64,000 nt of DNA from Nageia nagi (Eukaryota; Plantae; Pinophyta). Both the position numbers and the translations under genes were made by a program. Under the pieces are notes generated by a model. It worked only from the letters and a program-made list of their open reading frames with translations, was not told where the DNA came from and ran no database searches. Of this stretch, positions 54,487 to 64,000 are shown piece by piece. Where the stretch lies: positions 69,192,001-69,256,000 of the forward strand of contig JBITNC010000001.1 of assembly GCA_050084985.1 (NCBI GenBank). Reading direction: 5' to 3'. Numbering within the stretch: the first letter of the stretch is position 1; every line of letters starts with the position of its first letter.

Positions 54487-55204
54487 TGTAGATGCCTAAA
54501 AAAATGATTTATTATTTATTTAATAAAACACATTTAAAATTTCTAAATGACTTATTGTAATATTACAAATGTCAAGATAAAGCTGATATTACAATGCAAT
54601 ACTATGTATTATATTAAGTGCTATATCATTTATCATGGTTTATATTTTAAAGTATCTTGAATATAACAATGATTATATTATTCTAGAGGTCAGCCTTCAC
54701 TCCTTTATATTTCCTTGCAGACTATATATGCGATTGGAATAGGTTGACCTACATAGATCAAAACTCTTTGATATGTTAAGATCTTCGATAGATGGTTGTC
54801 TTCTACTATCTTTGTCAAGATACAATGTTTTTTGATGCCACCTATTATGAGAAATTGTTATACTATGAGCTCTAAAAATTTCTATCTTTGGTGCACATCA
54901 TAATTCAACTTATTCCACACTACTAACAATATGAATATTTTTGATCGAGGGTTCTAGATTTTGGTGATCGAGCTGTTGATTCAGGTACACAAAGATCCAT
55001 TATGAACTCCTCATGAATCCAATCCCAATCCTCCAAAAATTCATTGCTATTTACTTTTGAAGATTATACATATACTTCATATCAAGTTCATGTATTTCAT
55101 GTATATTTACTATATCTGATAGAGTGTACATATCTATTCTTATTATATTGTAGATATATTTATTTATTTTGTATATTTATATTTTGTACAATTTGTAGAC
55201 TACA
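54487..55204 (+). repeat. 3' LTR of element D
   Basis: TGTAGATGCCTAAAA...GACTACA, after the PPT AGATAAGAAGGGAAAA. Confidence 0.9.
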
Positions 55205-56408
55205 CAATGCACATATTTGTCACATATATTTCAATCTAAAATAAAGTATTGTTTTAAATCCTTTTGGGCAAAGATACCTAACATAATGAAGCTTATCCTA
55301 GAAAGTTTTTATAATTTTTCATGAATATTATTTCTTTTATTATTTTTCTATGGGTTATGATTTTGGTTTTGAAAAACCCTCATGTCCATCATCCATAATT
55401 TGACCTAAAGTTATTATTTTTTCAAACTTATTTTTTATTTTTGTAGAGAATTATGTAAAGGTTGTCCTCATATATTTTCTTTTCTTAAAATTCCTAAGAA
55501 ATAAAAATTTATTTTTGAAATTTTCTAAGTCATAAAACTTCCTCTTTCTATGAACTCATCTTCTTGCACCCATCCCTTTGGTGATATGGTGTTAGTTATG
55601 CTTCATTTGTTATTATAAGTATTAAATAATGAATGGATGCTTCCTCTACATTGTGTAGTACATAAATTTCAAAATATTTGTTTATGGAGTGATTGAAAAT
55701 GAATCCAATCTTCTTCTTTCATCATCTTTTATGAATGTTTGTAAGACTCTATTATTCAATGCATAAGGCATTGGTATGCAGTCTAGTTTAGATTGGTTAG
55801 AAGGTATTAGGTCATTCCCTCTTTAAAAAATTACTATTTCCCTTTTTGAGTTGAATAAACCAGTGATCTCAAAGCTTAATAGACAATCTTTAATAAAGAT
55901 CAAATAGGGGTTACAATCTCAAGCTAATTGATACATCAATAGTTCTAGTCTCATCATCATATGATTTAGACTACCTAAAATGGAGGTTATAGCCAAATAA
56001 TCTCATATACCTATTGAGACATAGGAGGATTAGTACTTAGTGATACACTTTAGAAAGCATTATTCAAATGGGTGTTAATATTTATCACAACACTTTCCTA
56101 GATATCATCTATACAAGTATATGTTTCTTTCATATCTTTTAGAACATCTTTATCAATGTAGAGGAGAGACTAATTCCATCATTCCTTCAAGATAGAAGAT
56201 AATATTTTTTTCTTGGCTTCTCAATAGGGTAATCCTAAGGGAAACCAATTTAGAAAGGGGATACAGAAGAGGCATAAAACCATCAATATTCATCAAAATA
56301 TCACATAAAAACATGTATAATTCAAGCATATATTTTTCTAACTTCTCTAACTTTCTTTGGATACACAATTCTTCATTCATATCATTACATACCTAAAGAG
56401 CAGTAAAT

Positions 56409-57122
56409 TATAAACACCTAAAAATGATTTCTATTTATTACAAAATCATCTTTAGTATATATATAAAGAATAATATTTAAATAATATGAATATAATGGAT
56501 AATATGCTAACAAATTCTAATAATATATTAATTAATTTTTCTTATCATTAATCATGATTATATATAGAAATGACTTGAATTTATCATTATAGAACATTGG
56601 CTATCACTCTTTTCTATATCATTGCACATATAGAAGGAGGATCATGGCATGGTATTTCCCTATCATATCTTTTTATAGGTGGTTGAGTGCTCTAAAAATA
56701 TTTATCTATGGTGCCTTTTTATGCCACTTATCTAAGAATCTATTATGCTATGAGATTTATAATACTTTCTATCTTTAGGCATATCATTTGAATCTACAAC
56801 AAAGACACAATGTCAATATCATTTTTGTACTATTGTCATGATATGAATATTATACTTCTCGAATAAATGAGTGACAAATCTTGAGGCAAGCTAGGATTAT
56901 ATTGGGCATTAAATAACCTTAGGTAGCTTGTTATAAATTTGATCCACTCTTCTCTTTATCACATCATATATTAAGGATTATTATACTTCATTATAAGGTG
57001 CACACTCTCTAGTATACTTATAGAATTTTGAATACTTAGTTTATATAACATCATTTTTTAATATATGTAGATTATGTTTAATTGAATTTATTTGTATAAT
57101 AAATAATTATATACTATTTACA
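56409..57122 (+). repeat. Probable solo LTR related to the A/C/D/E LTR termini
   Basis: Begins TATAAACACCTAAAAATGATT, like the D LTR, and has similar length to a TTACA end. No PBS or TSD was found. Confidence 0.5.
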
Positions 57123-57323
57123 ACACTGCATAGCTATCATGATAGGTGATAGATCCATGTTGAATGATAAGGCTCTAGATCCTTGTCATTAAATATGACT
57201 AGAAATATATGGCAAAAATATACTTCAAACCATTAACAATAATTTTTTATATTTAAAATTATGAAGAAGTTCAGATAATATGCCTTTAGGTTTTATTGAT
57301 AATGTACCTTTTTGAAAGAAAAA

Positions 57324-57398
57324 ATATATCCTTCCTTCATAAATAACTTCTGCATCTTATATATATCCTTCCTTCATAAATAATTTCTGCATCTTATA
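57324..57398. repeat. ~38-bp tandem duplication
   Basis: ATATATCCTTCCTTCATAAA(A)TAA(C/T)TTCTGCATCTTAT occurs twice. Confidence 0.85.
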
Positions 57399-58152
57399 GA
57401 TAAAGTATCTTTTTAAATATCATGTTTAGTTTATATATTACAAGGTACAAGTGACTGTGTCTTTGAAATAAATGATATTTTTTATAACTTCAAGGCTAAA
57501 TGGACCAAATCCTTTATTTTTTAATGACTATATATAATATCATGACCCTCCAAACTTGCCAAAAGAAAATTTGAGAAGTGTTAATATTCATACATATACG
57601 ATGAATTATCACTAATAGTTTCCTTAAATATAAGACATGTCAATGGGTTAAATGATTTTCTTTTGTATAATAGTTGTACAACACTACCTATCATCTCTAT
57701 TAAGATGTCACCATTTAAAGCATAGATTAAAAATCATTTTACTGATAGATTATTGCATAGGATCATCGAAGGTAAAAGAAGTAAATAATATTTTCATATG
57801 TGTAAGATATGATATGGCTACTCATTGATAAGCTTTGTTAAGAACAACATATGATTAAATGGTGAAGGAATAAAATAGCTCAAGGGAAATTTTAATAAAT
57901 ATAATACTTAAGAATTAAAGTACATAAAAATATCACTCAAAACTAAGATGAGGCAATAATTACAAGGTGGTTTAAAGGATTAGAGATGTGTCTTACTAAT
58001 TACAAGTAGTATACAAATGAAAATACAATATTTTTTTTATATTTTATATATTAAATAAGTTCATAAGGATAATATGAAGCATTTAATAATAATTACATAT
58101 TTAACTAAAGAAAGATAATAGTTTTAGAGAGCAAAGTGGTATTGGTAAAAAT

Positions 58153-58751
58153 TTTTGGAGTGTGGAGACTATTATTCTAAGAGGTGCATGTGTGCAACCA
58201 TGTACGGTGGAGCACCTCTACGATCCCTTATTCACACATGACTTTTGATTTGCAATGTGGATTTGCTTGCATTGAGCATAGTAAGGGTTTTAAGGGGAGC
58301 AATAGCCCTCCTGACTGGTCAAGAAAATGTTTTGGGTCTATTTTTAGTCATTTTTAGAAATATTGCTATTCTTGTAAAATCTATTTTTAGGAGCAGTTAT
58401 TTTTAGTGTTGAATTTGGATCATTGATATTTAGGTTACATATTGTATTCTCTATTCTATAAGAGGATTTTGTATGAAGGAAATATGATTGTATTAGAGTT
58501 TGAGCATACAAGATCTTGTGAGAGATTGAGAAGATAGTGCATTAGGATTGATATAGAACGTAATCCCTTTATTTTTTAGACTATGATAAAGATTTGATTG
58601 GTAGTTTCTCCAAGGATGTAGCCCACACTGGGTGAATCTTGTTAAATATTATGTTAATCTCTTGTGTGATTATTTTTGGTTATATGTTTTACTTACTTCT
58701 ACAAGTTTTATTCTGCATATATATTTTTCTTAAATTTATATATACCCAACA
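58153..58751 (+). repeat. Solo LTR, copia-type
   Basis: T(T)TTGG...CCCAACA termini; flanks AAATT/AAATT if the start is 58154; CTATAAGAGG TATA-like site; GATGTAGCCCACACTGGGTGAATCTTGTTAAAT motif similar to the LTR at 2457. Confidence 0.7.
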
Positions 58752-60299
58752 AAATTAGAAAATATCTTGAGGTAATGATATGTAGGAGACATTCTTGTTA
58801 AATAAAAAACCTACCAAAGGAGGATGTTATGTGGGAGCTTGAGATATTTTTATAAATTATTAACTTTGAATTATTAAATAGGAAGGGTATGTAATGATCA
58901 TGCTACACCCATTATAGCTATCTTTTATTTGATTCACTTGAACTGCAAGGATATGAATGATAAAATTAGGATCAACACTTATCCATATGGATTAGTTTTA
59001 ATAATTTAGTAGTCTATAAATTATAGATGGTAATATAAATCTAATGATCATTATCACATAATTTATTTTCATACTCTCGCTATACTACGACACATATGGA
59101 GACTTTACCCTCTCAAAGTGGTTAACATCATGAACTTCCTAATTTGAGTTATTCTATTTTGAATCTATTGCTAATATCAAAAGTATATTGATAATATTTG
59201 GCTATTATATATTTATAAATTGTGGACTATTTTTTTATGAGATACTAGACTTCTATGTCAAGAAGTATTCTAAAATGTATATCCTTGTGATGATCATGTG
59301 CATGTTAGACAAAATATCAAGGTATCAAACTATGATCCTTATGTTATATTGATGATACTTATTATTATGATAGTTCTTCAAATCCACTTATTCATCCATT
59401 AAGTGTGTGAAGGATATCAAGAGTATACTCATACGGATGTACCTACTATTATTATTTTATGTGAGGGTTTACCTTAATCTAACCTTGTAGATCATCTATT
59501 GATTGTGAGGATATACCTTATAAAGATCATCATATATATTATAATCCTATAATACCTTCAATTTTTGAAGTGGAGAAATATCATATTTTGAGCGAAGATA
59601 ATCATAATGATGTTCTCTAGGGATCATATTATGGCGATCCACTCTTGGTTCCTTCTATTGGATAAGAGTACCTTCAAGATTCTTAATCTAATTTTTTGTG
59701 GTTGCTTTCATGTCCTTGTAAAATACGAAGCTTCATGACATACAACTTTCAAGGACAATGATCACATTTAATTTCCTTCTCTCCAACCACTTTGTGCCTA
59801 TCATTTTCCTTTTGACCTTAGTAAAACTTATGAGATTTCTTTGAAGATTTTCAAAATTACCTTTAAAGTGAAATGTTAGGATGAAACGTACTTAAACTTC
59901 AATATTCTCAAACATCATAAAAAAGTATTTCATTATATCTTTGTAAATGAATAATGACCTATCATACATAGTATCCATATATTTCTCATTATTATTTTTT
60001 CACTTCATTACTTTTCTTATGTAAATTTTACCTTGTGTGTTCAAATTTTTAACTACCCTATAAAATTCTACTTTAACCTTACCCTATATCAAAGATAAAA
60101 ACTTATTTTTATAATGCAATGTTCTCTAAAAATAAGTAGTCAAAATGTGTTCAAAACATAAGCATAAAGATACAATACAATATCAAATAACATAAGATAT
60201 AAAGTTAATTAAAAAAAAAAAACTGAATCATGTGCAATATAGATTAATAAAATAAATTAAGCTATTAATCATAGGTAAAAATGTTTGAACATCAGATCT

Positions 60300-61981
60300 G
60301 TATAAGTATGAACTGCATACGTATATAGCTCAGTTAACCCATCAATCATCTCTGGTGATTCCAGTATATCCTTGGAGTGTAGGGTTTAGAAGGATAATCG
60401 TCCATCTCAAGCTTTCCAAAAGCATGAAGACACAGTCTCTGTGACTGATACTATCACAAGGGCATCATGGGAATTCCTGTAACTACTTATTGGGTTCCTG
60501 CAAGAGGAATAAACTAGTGAAAATACAGGCGCACTACGCGTCCTTTCGTCGTTCACAAAGACCCAGCAGCGGTCCACCACCAATATCATTGCCATGAAAG
60601 CGACGTCTACAAGACCTCTACAGCCATCGTCACTTCACCCAACGGTACCCGGCCTTAACCTTTCTTTATCCATTCCTGTTCACGATTTACTGTATGGATG
60701 TTGTTGGGAGAAGCAATGAGATCAGTATGCCTCCGCTCACGCTGCGCCACCATTTTTGTCCTCAAGACCTTGCTTCTTGTTGCCGGCATCATATTCATAT
60801 CTTTTGCGATGGGATTTGGTCCCCCCGATCACGGAAAACGGCCCGTCTTTTCATAAGTTTGATCCTACCCGTATGCAATCCACACTCGACAGGCACAGTG
60901 TTTTTTTAAGTTTAAAATATACAATCTGGTCCTAGAATTTAGGTTTAGGAAGGTTTGAATTTGGAATTTTCTACACTTGGCAATGTGTAGATTGAAATGG
61001 TCTAGAGTCTAGGCTCTGCGTGGTGCTCGAGAATAGTTAAAGCCGACAAACCGTAGACAATCTTGTTTCCTAGCGTAAGATCTACGGAGAGGGGATGGTG
61101 GAACAGTCCAGCAGATTTCGATAACTTTTCTACCCCCGATTGAGGCCGTTAACGGTCGTAAAATCGTAAGGAAACTGGGTCGCATCGCGATTCCCGACTT
61201 CTGCTACAGCATGACCTCTAAATCATAAACAATATGATTTTGGAAATCCGCCATCGGGAAAGAACTGTAGTGTGGTTTTAACGGCACGGAGAAATTGGAC
61301 GTTGGAATGGAACGGGAAAGAACAGTAACAACAACAACAACAACAGAAGCACGGGAATGTTCATGTTGGCCATCAATGTCATACATGGTTGAATCTCAAA
61401 CAGCATTCGAAACATTGTATGGGTTGATTCGCCATTATCTGATTCTGAAGAATAGACTTTATACTTTACGACATATGATATTTGGGTGGCCGAAAGGTCA
61501 CCTGGTGGAAAGAATTCTCTCGCCATCATCATGGCGTATGAATAAATGAATATTCGAATGCGTGAGATAATAATCTCACTGGAGTTTGGTACAATGTCTG
61601 CTTTCCCATTGTAGATATTTACCATCACTGGTTTACTGTACGCTCCATTTTACGAATCGATCCCACATCTTACTGATTTAGTAGGGTTTGATTGCGTACT
61701 TTCCGTTGATACGACAACCCAGAATACGTGCATCCCCTTGAGAATGAATCTATTATGCTTTAGAAAAAGGCCAAGCCAAGCTGAGAAACCTACGGCCATC
61801 CATGAGGAGCAGAAAAAGGCATCTACAGCGACATCTTTTGAAACTATTCGCTTCCACATGTCCATATTCTCTGTATTGCAGATCTATCATGCTCGATAGC
61901 TGAAACCGTTGTAAGCACACTCGAAGTCATACGTTTTCTTACCCAAACAGCTCAAAATACTTTTGAGAAACTCAGATCCAG
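60300..61981 (+). promoter_or_regulatory. CpG-retaining promoter / 5'-leader region of the TCP gene
   Basis: Abrupt appearance of abundant CG dinucleotides compared with the CpG-depleted TE block. Telo-box-like TAGGGTTT at ~60380 and ~61682. Confidence 0.6.
61327..61345. repeat. (ACA)n microsatellite
   Basis: taacaacaacaacaacaaca read directly. Confidence 0.9.
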
Positions 61982-62321
61982 GTACGCGTTCTCCGTATGG
62001 TGTAATTTAGGTTATCTTTAAACTAGCAAGGGTTAGATTACCTAGTTTCCGAATTTGGTAAGAATGAATGCTATCCTTTCTTCCGATCTACTTCCCAGAT
62101 CCTACTACTTGCCGTGTATAAATATATCGTTTCTATCCTCCTCTCTGTGATCTCCATAAACCTAGACTTTGCTTCCTCATGTTTACTTGCCAAGCAATAT
62201 GAACATTATTTTGTTATTTTTGGTTTTCAGATGTTTGCCCTTTTTGTCCTCTCGAACATTCTATTGTGAATATAGAGATAGAGATGGATTTTTTCTAACG
62301 CTAACACATAATTTGTTGCAG
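61982..62321 (+). other. Probable 5'-UTR intron with an alternative acceptor at 62230
   Basis: CAG|GTACGC donor; T-rich body; acceptors TTTTCAG (62230) and CTAAC..TTGTTGCAG (62321). An in-frame TAA lies just upstream of the ATG. Confidence 0.6.
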
Positions 62322-62331
62322 ATAAATTTTA

Positions 62332-63798
62332 ATGGTGATCATTAGCATCGGAGAACTCTGGGATAGACCTATTCCTATATCGGAGGATAAGTTATTGCCA
62401 TTTTCAGTATACAGTGACATTGACATCACGGAATCTGAAAGAACAACACTTGAAAGTTACAGCACAGAAGCGTATCAACCCAGTCATGAGATCTATGATA
62501 TTGCATCTGAGTGCGTATACTTTAAAAACCTTTCTCCAGAAGAGTGCTATCATTCTGAAACAAATGACCAATGCACCACGATTAGATGGTTAGGGTCAGT
62601 ATGTGAAAATAATTCAAGAGAATGCTGTGATAATGATGATGGTGGACATAGTTTTCAGAATGAAAAGCCAAAAACCTTGTCTGCTAAGTGTTCTGATCAA
62701 GGTTTCATCACTCAAGTTGTAGCTCCCCATTCAGATGGAGAGAAAAACGCCCTGAGGGTTGAGAATTATAAGATCTGTGACGGATCTGATCAGATTCTCT
62801 GCCCTCATGCTTCAAAAGCATTGCGAGTTCGTTCTTCAGCGGCCAAAGATCGGCACTGTAAAGTCAAGACCGCTAAGGGACTTCGGGACAGAAGGGTGAG
62901 GCTCTCAGTTTCCACAGCTGTTAAAGTTTATGATCTACAAGACAGATTAGGCATAGATAATCCTAGCAAAGCAATAGATTGGCTGATTAGTAAAGCTAAA
63001 GCTGCCATAGATAAATTGCCCGAACCTTCCTACATATCCAATTTAAACTGTCCACTTTGTAGCTCTATTTCAAACAATGTTTCTATAGCTCCTCTTGTGA
63101 ATTTGACCTTGGAAGAGAATATAAATTCCCAGTCTGACAATAATTTTGTGGAGAGGAAAGATTCAACGCAGGGAGGACCATATTCTGGGAACAACTACAT
63201 CAGGATAGCTAATAGAGGAAGATTTAAAAAAGACAATACAGCAAAAATAAAGGTGCCCACAACGGTTCCTTCTATAACATTACAGTGTGAATCTGCAACA
63301 AGGAAAGCTCTTATTCATCCAACTTCTTCAAAGCAAGATGCTAACTGTTATAATCCTGGAAGAGGCAGAAGAGAGGTAATCATAGCAAATTCTCCGGGGA
63401 ACCACCAATATCCTTTTGTATATGAACCACAACCACAGCTACCATATTGTGGTCAGCAATCTGGGAAGGAGCATCAAAAGATAACCACTAAAAGTCTTGT
63501 ACCAGAGGTTGTTGTTCATTCCGAGGCTGTTGATTTGACTTATGGAAACACAAAGTCGCTAAGGTCCTCACAAAATAGCATACGGACTTGGGAATCATCT
63601 TTTGACAGCATGCCCGTAGAACCATCGCAGAGCTTTTGCAGTCTCGTGAACTTATTCAGCAGCCCGAAAATCCCCATTATTGCTTCACAACTAACTGATA
63701 TGAGTGGCTGCTCTTCCTCAGCATCTTCGGAATTAGAATGCGCAAGGCCTCAATCCCCACCTATGATTCAGCCATGGTGGTTTGGACCAGGAAACTAA
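62332..63798 (+). CDS. TCP: Class II (CIN-like) TCP transcription factor, 488 aa, intronless CDS
   Basis: TCP domain [59 protein letters not shown] (nt ~62845-63021). The basic region lacks the class I 4-aa deletion, and the ORF is intact and long. Confidence 0.95.
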   Translation: MVIISIGELWDRPIPISEDKLLPFSVYSDIDITESERTTLESYSTEAYQPSHEIYDIASECVYFKNLSPEECYHSETNDQCTTIRWLGSVCENNSRECCDNDDGGHSFQNEKPKTLSAKCSDQGFITQVVAPHSDGEKNALRVENYKICDGSDQILCPHASKALRVRSSAAKDRHCKVKTAKGLRDRRVRLSVSTAVKVYDLQDRLGIDNPSKAIDWLISKAKAAIDKLPEPSYISNLNCPLCSSISNNVSIAPLVNLTLEENINSQSDNNFVERKDSTQGGPYSGNNYIRIANRGRFKKDNTAKIKVPTTVPSITLQCESATRKALIHPTSSKQDANCYNPGRGRREVIIANSPGNHQYPFVYEPQPQLPYCGQQSGKEHQKITTKSLVPEVVVHSEAVDLTYGNTKSLRSSQNSIRTWESSFDSMPVEPSQSFCSLVNLFSSPKIPIIASQLTDMSGCSSSASSELECARPQSPPMIQPWWFGPGN

Positions 63799-63862
63799 TT
63801 GCTGTTACCATATCATTCGACTGTGCAGACAAGAAGTAATAATTATCTGAGAAGAATATCAG

Positions 63863-63949
63863 GTATTTCAATGCCAAAACCTGCTTAGATTTTTTCTTTT
63901 TTTTGAATGATTTGCAGTTATTTTTTGTCATATTGATTTTTTTTTACAG
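63863..63949 (+). other. Probable 3'-UTR intron of the TCP gene
   Basis: CAG|GTATTT donor, poly-T tracts and a TTTTTTTTTACAG acceptor (alternative TTTGCAG at 63917). Confidence 0.6.
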
Positions 63950-64000
63950 CAACCGCATTTGCTTTGAGTTATTTGTTCAAATGCACAAGCCTGAGGAGAC

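Larger units (their letters stand above)
42211..55204 (+). mobile_element. Element D: pol-less LTR element (truncated gag plus antisense PMD gene), hosting element E
   Basis: LTR pair at 42211-42917 and 54487-55204; tRNA-Trp PBS at 42921-42936; PPT at 54471-54486; weak TSD TCATG/CAATG. No RT or INT outside the nested element E. Confidence 0.85.

Noticed and set aside
55205-55560. AT-rich segment (with 42000-42210) resembling a non-autonomous DNA transposon
   Set aside because: No terminal inverted repeats, Helitron ends or TSD could be identified.
61204-61865. Minus-strand ORFs (116, 71 and 60 aa) as a divergent gene or signal-peptide protein
   Set aside because: The poly-Leu and poly-Val runs derive from the (ACA)n microsatellite, and no recognisable domain or splice structure was found.
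63169-63190. AGGGAGGACC as a miR319 target site (also GAGCTTTTGCAGTC at ~63630)
   Set aside because: The seed-pairing part (CTTCAGTCCAA) is missing or too mismatched.

Overview
This is plant nuclear DNA, probably from a large gymnosperm-type genome (inferred from very old intact LTR elements and extreme CpG decay; the species cannot be determined). About 60 kb is a nest of decayed retrotransposons. It opens with the 3' end of a relatively young Ty1/copia Sirevirus-like element (1-2623). Five paired-LTR Ty3/gypsy Tat-clade (Ogre/Retand-like) elements follow: A 4043-12820 (+); B 12912-38781 (-) with C 24090-31731 (-) nested inside; and D 42211-55204 (+) with E 45043-52522 (-) nested inside. There is also an older gag remnant, a very degenerate LINE and solo LTRs. 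The last ~3.7 kb is CpG-rich host sequence carrying a class II (CIN-like) TCP transcription factor gene (62332-63798) with probable 5'- and 3'-UTR introns. Most interesting observations: (1) a cryptic two-exon sense ORF with a conserved 99-nt intron between pol and the PPT in both C and E, which keeps codon register across a hypervariable core; (2) antisense Plant Mobile Domain (PMD) genes in B and D, where D lacks pol and retains TATA/exon/intron signals for the PMD gene; (3) G-patch motifs between protease and RT in A, B, C and E; (4) possible uORF and NMD control of the TCP gene. All alignments and translations outside the supplied ORF track were done by eye.
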